From contig CAWDFP010000010.1 of assembly GCA_963801605.1 (NCBI GenBank), positions 1 to 29,599 on the forward strand: a DNA stretch of 29,599 bases, written 5' to 3'. Under the pieces are notes generated by a model. That model worked only from the letters and a program-made list of their open reading frames with translations. It was not told where the DNA came from and searched no databases. The stretch's first letter is position 1. Every line of letters starts with the position of its first letter. The DNA is from an uncultured candidate division Zixibacteria bacterium (lineage in GTDB: Bacteria > Zixibacteria > MSB-5A5 > UBA10806). The translations under genes were made by a program, and so were the position numbers. Shown here in pieces: positions 1-9,905 of this stretch.

Positions 1-124
1 AGGCTGGGAAGGTAGTGAAGGGGGAGTGAGGGGGAATATTGTAAGATAATTAAATGCAGACAAAAATAATTCTTATTTCAGCGTAATATCGTCCCGGTAT
101 TGTGAATACTGCAATCAATTAGTA

Positions 125-2875
125 TCATGCTTCCGATTTAGGTAAATTATATTTACGATATTTTAAAGCGTATGGTTTGCGACCACCCTCTTAAATAGCT
201 TATTATTTGCCCTTTTATGTCTTCATTATCAATTGCACCGGAAAATATAACTCTTCCCTTTTCTGCGTCAGCCGCCATTATTATATATTTATCAGTATCA
301 GAAGCCACGGCAACACTTGAGTTATGGGTTGTAAAAATTAATTGGCGTTTATCCTTCCCATTCCGCACTTTCGTACACATATCATTCCAAATTGCCCTAA
401 GGTCCAAGGAATCTTCTGGTTGATCGATCAAAATAGGCATTTCCCCGTCACTAAGCGCAAGTATCAGCATCGCCGTACATTTTTGCCCAATCGATATTCT
501 CTCTAGCTTTTCAAATTTTGGCTCATCACTTGTACCTATATTATAGCTTATTATTGGACGATCTTCTGGTTGGACCTTATACTGTAATTTAGGAAGGAAA
601 TCTTCATATCGTAAATCGCCTGATTGTAGCAAGGCTATAATATAATCAAATAGGCCCTTTATCTATCAGCAGATAACTGTGCAGTTGCTGAAATTTTTGC
701 AATTCGTTTTGCCTTGTCTTCAGGAACTTCCATCGCCTCATATCTTAATATCTCTAACGCTAAATCTCGTGGCGAGACAACTTCAATTAATTTATCGATT
801 TCGCTATCACGTAAATAGGAGCCTTTTTTTAAGAGCAAGTAAACTTTTCCTAAATTCATCTTTATTGGATGATTCAATGATCTCAATTCTTAGGTTACCA
901 TTTGAAGTTTCTTCGAAATATTGGCACTTGGCCTTTCTTGCTTTAAAATAATCTTCATAAATAGATTTAAGCTTATCAAGTATTCCATTCCTTTTTTCGC
1001 CAATTTGTTTAACTCGATCTGCATTAAATTTGACCGATTTTAAGCGCCCTTCAATTTGCTCTATTTCCTTCTGTTTTGCTTTTCTTTTAAGCTCAAGATC
1101 TTGAACATTTGCCCCCATGGTTAAAATAATCTTTTTAAGTTCATCTTTTTTATTGTTAAATGCCGGTGCCCATTGTAGATATTCATCATGAACATCTTTT
1201 ATTGCCTTTTCGATAACTTCCACTTGCGTATCAAGGCTTGAAGCAATCTCCGTTTTTAGCTTAACGAGAACATTAAGGCTTCTTTTTAGTTCAGGGTCGT
1301 ACTTAAATTCATCAGAAACGCCAGGAATAGCTTCTAGTTCAATCGACTTTCCAACATCTTTTAAAAGAGTGCTTATATTACCTAGAAATTTTCCATGTTG
1401 TCTGAAATTTTGATCTTTCCGCTCCAAAAGCGATATTTCGGTAAATATAGGATTTTTTAAATTCTCTGATAATCTGGCCAGTTCAACTTTCGAGGTTTCA
1501 TATTGTTTATTTAGCCTATTATATTCATGAAATGCCCTAATCGAATTGGAGAAATCAATGTCTAGCGTATTTAATTCCGATTCAATTGAGTCAATTTGAT
1601 TCCGGTAGCTGTGAAAGTCAAAAAATTTGTCTATAAATTTAATTTGTTCGTTTTCACGGTTTTCGGCAACCCTTATTATTTCGTTTTGGCTCATAGCAAG
1701 TATTGGAAATAGTTTAGCCACATCTATGTTAACCTCTTCATTTTTTGCTATATCAATGCACTTAATAGAATTATCATCATATGGATCATATATTCTTTTA
1801 ATCAAATATTCTTTTCCCGCTTCATCACTTATACATATTTGAACCTCGCCATATTGTCTTAACTTTTCCTTTAATTTGCCTTCATGATCAAATTTGATAT
1901 CCTCATGTGATGGAGGCTGGTCCAAAGCGAACCTAATAAATTCCAACAAAAGTGATTTTCCCGTTCCCTTTGCTCCGATAATGCTGTTTAATCCGCCATG
2001 GAAAATTAAATTTAAATTATCCAGAAAACCACTTCTAATTTTTAGACTTCTCTATCCGTGGATATACATTTTCAACAAATTCTTTTTGTTGTCTAATTCT
2101 GACCTCGGGGTCTAGAAAACATTGTCTTAAACTCTCCAAATGAATATGCTCATCTACCTTAAATAATGAATATCTATATCCTATTCCGGCTATCGAGTGC
2201 TTACCAGCATTATCGCCTGAAATATCTGCTAGCCCCTTTTCGTTCAAAGCAGGATTATCAGAGGCCTGATAGTAGGCAAGTTTTCGCTTATAATCCGGAT
2301 CTTTTCCGTTTAAAAAATTATCGTTTCTATCAAGATTAACTACTTCTGCTGCGGATAGCCTTTGATTTCTAAGTAAATGAATTCTAGGCTGTCCTTTCAT
2401 TCCCTTAAAGACGCCGTTTGTCGAATCGATATGAGCCGCAACCGCAAGTCCCCAATAGGGGGTATTTTGTTATGGTCCCGACGACTTTTTCTACTGATTC
2501 TTTGCTGTATGCTTCTTTTTTTCCGCGTATATCATGAGTGATTCCCAATTCTGCAAGAAGATCGTCAATATCTTTAGATGATTTGTCAATATCCAAAATT
2601 GCTACAATATGAATATGAGAATCTCCTACAGTAATCTCTACTCCGGGAAATACGGTTAGGTTTTTACTTTTTGCGGCGGCTTTGACTAAATCAATAAAGG
2701 CGCCTGTATTGTGATCCGTAATGGCTATTGCACTTAAATCTTTTGCAATAGCTTGTTTCACGATTGATTCCGCCGCTTCCTGCTTGCTATCAAAATTATC
2801 AATAAAACATTCTGATGCAGGCGTATGTATATGTAAATCGAATTTCTTGAAAGACAACCCCGGGAAATGGGTCAT
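125..2875 (-). CDS. PHP-domain + SMC/ABC-type ATPase (TrlF/Ppl-like), probable anti-phage defence protein; about 915 aa after repairing several frameshifts
   Basis: ATG at 2875 with AGGAG RBS. PHP motifs DLHIHT, ITDHN, PGVEI, AAHID. Walker A GAKGTGKS at about 1950-1975, long coiled coil, ABC signature-like SIGQK, Walker B LIDQPED, RQLIFTTHN. C-terminus YL-EGGRKPY...SEA-stop (TGA 125-127). Joins track ORFs 2405..2929, 2035..2400, 807..1949, 659..886 and 153..632. Confidence 0.85.
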
Positions 2876-3017
2876 TTCGCCTCCTAGAAAATTGCCTGTT
2901 AGTAAAAATAAAGTATTATAATATATCAATAATAGAAAATTAGCGCAACGTTTAAGTAGAGGGGCTGATTGTATTCTGTATCAGAGTAACCGGTATTATA
3001 TTCCCCATCCTTTTAAT

Positions 3018-3044
3018 CTGGTTTCCCGCTTTCGCGGGAAAGAC
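3018..3044. repeat. REP-like palindrome CTGGTTTCCCGC-TTTC-GCGGGAAAGAC (single copy)
   Basis: Perfect 8-bp stem TTTCCCGC/GCGGGAAA with a 4-nt loop. Resembles the widespread GGATTCCCGC..GCGGGAATGAC REP-type motif. Confidence 0.5.
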
Positions 3045-3105
3045 AGGCAGGACAGTAAGGGGCAGACAACGATGTTCTCTGTTATCGCCAAGCCATCAAT
3101 ACTTG

Positions 3106-3134
3106 TTGACAGGAATTGCGGGGTAGGGTAAACT
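3106..3134 (+). promoter_or_regulatory. Sigma70-type promoter upstream of the small Lys-rich ORF
   Basis: TTGACA (3106-3111), 17 bp, TAAACT (3129-3134). Confidence 0.55.
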
Positions 3135-3250
3135 ATTATGGTTTAGTACTGTATAATATCATGTTGGCTTAGAAGATGTGAAGAGGCGCGACGGCGCAGT
3201 TTGAGTCATCATGATCAGAGGGAAAATGGCAATTGGAAAGGAGCCTCACA

Positions 3251-3388
3251 ATGGGTGATAAAGGCGGAAAAAAGGGAAAAGAAAAGAGCCAGAAGCAAAA
3301 AGATCATAAGCAGGAACAAAAAACTACAGAGAAGCACGATAAGCAGCAAAAGAATATGCCAATTCCCGGCAGCGGGAAAAAAGGGTGA
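3251..3388 (+). CDS. Small Lys/Gln-rich hypothetical protein, 45 aa: MGDKGGKKGKEKSQKQKDHKQEQKTTEKHDKQQKNMPIPGSGKKG
   Basis: AAAGGAG RBS 7 nt before ATG 3251, TGA at 3386-3388, upstream promoter and downstream hairpin. Too short for the supplied ORF track. Confidence 0.7.
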   Translation: MGDKGGKKGKEKSQKQKDHKQEQKTTEKHDKQQKNMPIPGSGKKG

Positions 3389-3401
3389 GCCCGAGATCAT
3401 G

Positions 3402-3433
3402 GCCACGTCCGGCCCCAACGGGCCAGACGTGGC
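3402..3433 (+). terminator. GC-rich hairpin after the small ORF (terminator or stabiliser)
   Basis: GCCACGTC-c-GGCCC-caac-GGGCC-a-GACGTGGC. The U-tract is weak. Confidence 0.5.
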
Positions 3434-3730
3434 GACTATTTGCGTCAATTGACCATAACTTCAGTTTCTCCAAATAATCCAACTCCACGTTAATAAATTT
3501 CTTGAATGCGGGAACAAACCGCTGCATAATAGACTATAATAGTCTATAATAATAGATATTTGATTATCGCCGCGGCAATACGAAGCGGGTATTTCATTTT
3601 CTAAATAACTTCTTGTATTCAAAGCTTCAGTAATAACAAACGTTTATAAGGACAGTCTCTTTTCGTGGCTATTAGCTATTCTAAAATATGGGGGAATGTT
3701 AGATTCACTAAGTTAACAGCGAGGTAAAAA

Positions 3731-5155
3731 ATGAGTACCTTAGTAATCTCAAGAGTTCAGGGAGAAAAGGCGGCGTTAGATCTGGCTACAATCGACGCCT
3801 TTAAGTACTCCCTACGCGGCCAATTACTGCATGAGGGCGACGAAGGCTATGATCGAGCGCGAACGGTATGGAATGCCATGATCGATCGCCATCCAGCCCT
3901 GATTGTGCGCTGCATGGGAGCAAGCGATATCATTCAATCCGTACTATTCGCCAGGCAGCATAGCCTGCTGACTGCTATTAAGGGAGGCGGCCATAATATC
4001 GCCGGCAATGCCGTTTGCGATGGGGGCCTGATGATCGATCTTTCCGGTATGCGAGCTGTCACAATTGATCCCTGGAAGCGTATTGCGTATGTAGAGCCCG
4101 GAGCTACTCTGGGAGATTTGGATCGAGAGGCTCAAGCGTTCGAATTAGTGACGCCATTGGGGATCAATTCCACTACTGGTGTGGCAGGGCTGACTCTCGG
4201 TGGAGGATTTGGCTGGCTTTCACGAAAGCATGGGATGACAATCGACAATTTAATCTCGGTTGATGTCGTTACCGCTGACGGCCAGATGAAGCGGGCCAGC
4301 GTATCGGAAAATCCCGATCTGTTCTGGGCGATCAGAGGAGGAGGAGGAAATTTTGGAATCGTATCGCGATTCGCGTTCAAGCTTCATCATCAGCAAAGAG
4401 ATGTATATAGCGGACTGGCTGTGTACAAATTAGAGGATGGCGTACAAATTCTAAGGCGATATCGCGATTTTGTGAAAACCTTGAATAGCGATTCCAGTAT
4501 CTGGGCAGTAATTCGCAAGGCTCCGCCGCTTCCTTTTATTCCGCTTGAAATGCATGGGAAGGAAATTGTCGTACTGGCTATGGTCCATTTTGGCGACACC
4601 AGCGAAGGTCAGAAGGTACTTGAGCCGGCGCGCAATTTCGGGGATAGAGTCGGGGAATTTTTTGGCGTACAGCCATACTGCGCATGGCAGACTTTACTTG
4701 ATCCGCTGTTAACCCCAGGCGCCAGGAATTACTGGAAATCGAATAATTTCTCAGAACTTAGCGATCAGATAATTGACGTATTAGTCGGGCAAGGCTGGCG
4801 TTTGCCATCGCTCCAATGCGAAATAGCCCTGGCGCTCCTTGGTGGAGCCACGTCTCGACCGTCAAATGAAGCTACTTCTTATTCGCATCGCAACGCCAAC
4901 TTTGTCATGAATGTCCATGGACGATGGGAAAGCTCGGGGGACGATAATAAATGCATAGATTGGGCTCGTACGCTTTACAGAGAGACAGCGCCGTTTGCGA
5001 CAGGCGGGGTTTATGTCAACTTCCTGACCGACGATGAACCAGACAGAATTAAGGCGGCTTATGGGGCAAATTACGACCGCCTTGTATCTCTAAAGAAGAA
5101 ATATGATCCTCTAAACTTGTTCAGGATGAATCAAAATATTAAGCCCGGCGCTTAA
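3731..5155 (+). CDS. FAD-binding oxidoreductase with BBE C-terminal domain (6-hydroxy-D-nicotine oxidase/BBE-like)
   Basis: Intact 474 aa with GAGG RBS. KGGGHN covalent-FAD His motif, TGVAGLTLGGGFG, DLFWAIRGGGGNFG, C-terminal YVNF...LKKKYDPLNLFRMNQNI. Confidence 0.93.
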   Translation: MSTLVISRVQGEKAALDLATIDAFKYSLRGQLLHEGDEGYDRARTVWNAMIDRHPALIVRCMGASDIIQSVLFARQHSLLTAIKGGGHNIAGNAVCDGGLMIDLSGMRAVTIDPWKRIAYVEPGATLGDLDREAQAFELVTPLGINSTTGVAGLTLGGGFGWLSRKHGMTIDNLISVDVVTADGQMKRASVSENPDLFWAIRGGGGNFGIVSRFAFKLHHQQRDVYSGLAVYKLEDGVQILRRYRDFVKTLNSDSSIWAVIRKAPPLPFIPLEMHGKEIVVLAMVHFGDTSEGQKVLEPARNFGDRVGEFFGVQPYCAWQTLLDPLLTPGARNYWKSNNFSELSDQIIDVLVGQGWRLPSLQCEIALALLGGATSRPSNEATSYSHRNANFVMNVHGRWESSGDDNKCIDWARTLYRETAPFATGGVYVNFLTDDEPDRIKAAYGANYDRLVSLKKKYDPLNLFRMNQNIKPGA

Positions 5156-5172
5156 GTATCGGCGCAAAAATC

Positions 5173-5209
5173 AAACCGCCGATAGGATTATCCTAACGGC
5201 GGTTTTTTT
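5173..5209. terminator. Intrinsic terminator between convergent genes
   Basis: AAACCGCCG-a-TAGGAT-t-ATCCTA-a-CGGCGGTTT ending in a T7 run, with an A-rich flank on the other side. Confidence 0.85.
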
Positions 5210-5230
5210 ATTCGGGTTTTTCAAACAGGA

Positions 5231-5707
5231 TTAATCCCTGGGCAGACAATCTGTGCAGCCGCGAGGCTCGGGGCCAAAGCCTTTTAGATAATTGATGCTG
5301 AACGTGACATCAATACCATTGAAACCGCAATCGCCATTGGCATCGGCAGCGGAACGTATCATGCCATGATCGCGGCAATCGCAGGTATCGGGCGGAGCCG
5401 GACCTATCCCTTTCAGGTAGTTCACGCTATATGTAACATCGATTCCGTTAAACGGCGCTACACCATTGGAATTACCCGGTATATATTCACACCCTTGCCC
5501 CGCGACACCGACCCAGAAACCGCCATCGATTATATATTGCGATGTGAACGATTTCCCCGTAATGGATTGCGCGATTGTGCCATCGACCTGGCGCAGCGTG
5601 GTCTGAGAATGTCCTCCCCCTGAGGCTACTACGTACCAGTCAACCTTATAAGCTTGCGCCCAGGATGCCGAAGTCACCAAAAGTACGAAAAATATTATCT
5701 TTTTCAT
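5231..5707 (-). CDS. Small secreted protein: signal peptide, 'W..ASGGG...GTIAQ...GGFW' domain, Cys-rich dockerin-like C-terminal domain
   Basis: ATG at 5707 (MKKIIFFVLLVTSASWAQA), 7 nt after the fibre gene stop. Duplicated dockerin-type segments GNSNGVAPFNGIDVTYSVNYLKG and ADANGDCGFNGIDVTFSINYLKG. Confidence 0.8.
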   Translation of the reverse strand: MKKIIFFVLLVTSASWAQAYKVDWYVVASGGGHSQTTLRQVDGTIAQSITGKSFTSQYIIDGGFWVGVAGQGCEYIPGNSNGVAPFNGIDVTYSVNYLKGIGPAPPDTCDCRDHGMIRSAADANGDCGFNGIDVTFSINYLKGFGPEPRGCTDCLPRD

Positions 5708-5714
5708 TCCAGCC

Positions 5715-8211
5715 TCAGCGTCCCTTTTCGAGTTCAAGAAGACGGCTTTCAAGTTCGGCGTTCTTCTTTTCCAGAGTCTCAATCTTTTTCAATAGCTCTT
5801 GCACACCGGCAAGGGCGACTCCGGCTACGTCGCTGGACGAAAGGTACTGGTTATCTCTTTGGCCATCGGTCTCACGAACAACGCCGACATCAAAGGCTCC
5901 TACAAAATCCTCGGCCACTGGGCCGATATGCTTTTCGGCAGAATTTTTATAATTCCACGATGTTATCGAGAGATTGGAGATTTTTGCAAGAAGTTCATCT
6001 CCTGGCAGAGGCTGGAAATTTTCTTTAAACGTGCGGGATGAGCCATTAGTCCAAACGCCGCCAGTTGATAAGTATGCGCCATTGCCATTGGTAGTGAGGG
6101 TTCCGATATGAAGCGGATAATTGATGCCGCCATCACGGTCATCGCGGTTAAGGCCCAGCCTGCCTGACGCGTGACCGTCGAATAAGACTACTCTGCTTGT
6201 AGTATTTACATAAACGCTTCTCCCAAAAACCATTGAATAGGTAGCAACGGATGTAGCGGTGTCCGCATATCCACCGGGAATTACCGAATAATCACCGGCG
6301 ACAAGAGAATGGAAACCTCCTCCGGCGGCTGCCCTGGAGCCGCTGGCTATATTCCCCTCACCGCCGCCAACTGTACTGGCCTGCCCCGACGCTGTATTTG
6401 ACGTTCCGCCGCCAACATAGCTTCCCCAACCGCTGGCATCGTTATCATAGCCGCCACTAATAGTGGCATTGGCATTAGTCACAGTATTAAATGCTCCGCC
6501 GCTAATAGTAGCGCCGCTGGCGCTGGCGGAATTACTGGCTCCACCGCCTATAGCGACAAATTCCTGTGAGGCGTTATTGGCCTGCCCTCCAGCAATTGTA
6601 CTTGTAGGGCCGGAAGCCAAATTTGTATTGCCGCCACCAATGACGCTTTCTATTCCAGAGGCATTATTTCCCCAGCCTCCATTGATGGCGCTCCAACTGC
6701 CGTTCGCCGTATTATTGGATCCTCCGCCTATAATGCCGTACTTGCCGTTAGCATTATTATTCATGCCTCCACCGACAAAAGAAGCAGTATCGGCAGTTTC
6801 GTCGCCGGCGTTGTTGTTACGGCCTCCCGCAATTGCGGCATAAATTCCCATCGAGGTATCGGAATATCCACCGGCTACGCTCGAGTAATCGCCAATTGCC
6901 CGGTTCGCCTCGCCGCCGGCAACGGTGCTACTGATTCCTCCGGCAGCGTTATAGGCTCCTCCAGCTATTGTGGCATTGGTATTTGAAGCGTGGTTATCGA
7001 TTCCGCCCAGCGAACTGGCGCCCGCGCCCCCCGCGGCATTACTGTAGCCTCCCGCGATGGTGGCGAAATCTTCGCTGGCGTTATTCCACTGCCCGCCGCC
7101 GACGAAGGTGTAGATATCTCGGGCCTGGTTATTATAGCCTCCACTGATAGCGCTGAATGACCCCAAGCCGTTGTTATACTCGCCTCCGCCGATAAATCCT
7201 CCATCGCCGGCTATATAATTGGCTCCGCCACCGGAAATTGTGCTAAAATCATTGGCAGCATTATTTGCAGTGCCGCCGCCGATAGTTGCAAAATTCCTTT
7301 TGGCTTTATTGCCATAGCCTCCTCCGATAGTGGAATAATAATAGTTTTGACCGGCCGTACCTGTCGTGCAGGCAACTCCGATGTTCACCATCGTTTGGGA
7401 ACTATCGCCGAATAGGCGATCTCGAACGCCACCCTTGGAAATACCCCAATAACCATTGGTAAAGAGAACCGAATCTACTCCTGACCAATGCGAGTAACCG
7501 AGACTAATCCACGCATAAGTGGCGGTATCGGAATGAATGGCATATCCGGAAATATTGGAATATGACGCGGTATCGGCATTACCGGCCTCTGTTGCATAAT
7601 CCGCCGATTCGGAATGGCCCGAGCTTAAGGCATAATTAACGCTATCTGCCCGATACGCGTAGCGGGCGGTATCGGCGCGAGCAGCGTTAAGGGCAAAAGC
7701 CGCCGTACCGGATAGATATGAGAATGTCGATGTATCAGCTCGCTGGGTGGTAAAAGCCCGATTGGCGTTGAAAGCATAAAGCGCAGTATCGGCGCTGGCG
7801 GCATATGGAGCTAACGCCAATCGTTGGCGTTGAGGCATTTCGGTATCGCCCAATACCTGGAGTGACAAGTAATAGGTCGTATCGAATGGCAGACTGACAG
7901 CGCCTAAAGCGGCATTGAACAGGCCATCGATAGTAGATATAACTATAGACGGACTCGTCCAAAGCGCGAGGCCGCCGTCCGGCCTATTGTAAACCCTGAA
8001 GATAATACTATAGCTGCCATCGACTACGGGATCGCCATCGCCATCCCTGAGAATGCCCTGGTAAGCGAGATTGCGTTCAATGGGCGCCCGGAGAAGTGTC
8101 TCACTCTGGCCCGCATCGGTAGCAAATTCCAGATTTTGGCGTTGCATCTGGCCCGATGCCAGCGGGCGTCAATAGAAAAACACACAAAACTATAAATGTT
8201 GTGCGATACAC
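5715..8211 (-). CDS. Secreted trimeric fibre/adhesin-like protein with C-terminal peptidase S74 intramolecular chaperone domain
   Basis: GTG at 8211 after GGAGG. One frameshift in the signal peptide (restored MYRTTFIVLCVFLLTPLASGQ). YQG.L.D..G.P...APYA N-domain, ADTA.YA repeats, about 24 GG-x-x-N repeats, then SSRTFKEN...HIGPVAEDF...coiled coil. Confidence 0.85.
6260..7336 (-). repeat. About 24 tandem ~15-aa coding repeats (S/A-T-I-x-GG-x-x-N-x-A-x-G), predicted beta-roll/beta-helix shaft
   Basis: Counted in the translation from STIGGGYGN to SVIPGGYAD. The DNA is degenerate between units. Confidence 0.85.
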
Positions 8212-8289
8212 AGAGCCTCCTTCAGAGTTCGACATTATTTTCAAACGAGCTGGTCCTCAAAGAAGAATAAAAAGTAGACTTCTACTTAT

Positions 8290-8318
8290 ATTTTAATTCA
8301 AAAGACAGAATATGTCAA
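8290..8318 (-). promoter_or_regulatory. Sigma70-type promoter for the fibre operon
   Basis: Minus strand TTGACA (8318-8313), 17 bp, TAAAAT (8295-8290). Confidence 0.65.
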
Positions 8319-8469
8319 GAGATAATATGGTTAGAAGATTGTAAATTCCTTAATAGATAATTCGTCATGTAATTCGGCTAATTTGTGTTGAGCACTATTG
8401 GATCGGGACCATACCTGAGATGTGATTTACAACTTGATTTATGGCTCTCGTAATAGTATAAGATTATAT

Positions 8470-9645
8470 ATGATATTGAAAACTATCCTGATCGGAGCAA
8501 TGGGAGGCTTATTGGCCATAACCGGCAACAGCATAGACTCCATGAGGTTACATCGCGAGGCCATTGTGGTTGACTTGCATTGTGACACGCTCTTGCGCCT
8601 GAAAAAAGGAACAGATTTTTCTAAGAGGGATTCGACGGGGCATATAGATATTCCCAGGCTTCGAGAAGGCGGTGTCGATTTGGAGGTTTTCGCATGCTGG
8701 ATTCCAACCGATCTGTCGAAGGAAAGCTGCCGTCCCAAAATAGATGAGATGATCGATACCCTGCAGGCGCAGGTAAAACGCAATAGTGATAAGATCGGAA
8801 TCTGTACCGATATTGCCGATGCCGATAGCCTGATATCCAGTGATAAAATCGCAGCCTTTATCGGGATTGAGAACGGCGTGGCAATCGCAGATGATATCGC
8901 CAATTTGGATCATTATTATAAGCGCGGTGTACGCTACATGACTCTTACGCATTCGGAATCGAGCGATTGGTGTATTTCGTCGGGGGATACCAACCCGGCG
9001 TTCGATGGCTTGACGGAATTCGGGCAGGACGTCGTACGAAAAATGAATGAACTGGGAATGATTATCGATGTCTCACATGCGAGTGTCAGCGCGGTAAACA
9101 AGGTACTGGCATTATCCAAAAGCCCGATAATAGCGTCGCATTCTTGTGTCTACAATATCTGTCCTCACGATCGCAATCTGACCGATGAACAAATCAAGGC
9201 TATTGCGCGCAACGGCGGTGTAATTGGAATCAATTTCTACAACGCCTATCTTTCGAAAAGATGGAACACAGTCGCGGATTCATTTATGACAGCACATCAG
9301 GCCGAGTTCGATTCCGCTGACGTACTATATAAAGGGGATTACGCGCGTAAGCATATGGCCCTGGCCGGACTGTATAGAGAGATGAATGCCAAACTGGCCG
9401 AGTACCCGGTAAGTGTAAGCGACGTTGTCGATCATATCGACTATATTGTAAAATTAGTCGGCCCCGATTATGTTGGGTTGGGCTCTGATTTTGACGGGGT
9501 TCACAGCCTGCCGAGCGATTTGGAAGATGTATCCATGATGCCCAATATTACCCTGGAGTTGGTGAAACGCGGCTATAGCGAGGCCAATATCAAAAAGATA
9601 CTCGGCGGCAATTTCATGAGGGTATTCAAACAGGTTTGCGGATGA
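8470..9645 (+). CDS. Membrane/renal dipeptidase family (peptidase M19), probably exported
   Basis: DLHCDT, IENG, IDVSHAS, IASHS, DHIDY...GLGSDFDG, KILGGNFMRV. Hydrophobic N-terminus. Start uncertain (8422 or 8470). Confidence 0.92.
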   Translation: MILKTILIGAMGGLLAITGNSIDSMRLHREAIVVDLHCDTLLRLKKGTDFSKRDSTGHIDIPRLREGGVDLEVFACWIPTDLSKESCRPKIDEMIDTLQAQVKRNSDKIGICTDIADADSLISSDKIAAFIGIENGVAIADDIANLDHYYKRGVRYMTLTHSESSDWCISSGDTNPAFDGLTEFGQDVVRKMNELGMIIDVSHASVSAVNKVLALSKSPIIASHSCVYNICPHDRNLTDEQIKAIARNGGVIGINFYNAYLSKRWNTVADSFMTAHQAEFDSADVLYKGDYARKHMALAGLYREMNAKLAEYPVSVSDVVDHIDYIVKLVGPDYVGLGSDFDGVHSLPSDLEDVSMMPNITLELVKRGYSEANIKKILGGNFMRVFKQVCG

Positions 9646-9905
9646 ATCGCATTATCCTGGCATAGCGAGAAGAAACGAATAAAGCAATAACTCAAAGTAA
9701 ACGAAACAAACAACTGCGGGTTGCGGTCGACAACCAAACATGCGGGATTTTTTCACTCCCACAAGGGAAGCCCTGCTATCGAAGCGGGTTTTGCGGGACA
9801 TCACGAGGAGTATTACTAATCGATGGACTTTCCTAACGAAAATTTTACGGTGTTGGTGGCGTTTAAACCTAGGCTGTAGTTTAGCTGCAGACCCTGAGAG
9901 GCCTT

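Noticed and set aside
1..36. Purine/G-rich tract at the window start (possible G-quadruplex)
   Set aside because: Too short, at the edge and without context.
3201..3452. Track ORFs 3201..3452 (+), 3215..3448 (-) and 3324..3527 (-)
   Set aside because: No good RBS and no recognisable motifs. The 3251..3388 frame has the RBS, promoter and hairpin.
6260..7336. CRISPR array or DNA tandem repeat
   Set aside because: The periodicity is at the protein level with degenerate codons. There are no identical repeats with spacers.
5715..8211. Prophage tail gene
   Set aside because: It has a signal peptide and a host-type promoter, and no capsid, terminase, integrase or tail genes are in the window.
9646..9905. 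Riboswitch or ncRNA upstream of the reductase
   Set aside because: Only small imperfect hairpins, one probably a terminator. No aptamer consensus was recognised, and an Rfam search would be needed.
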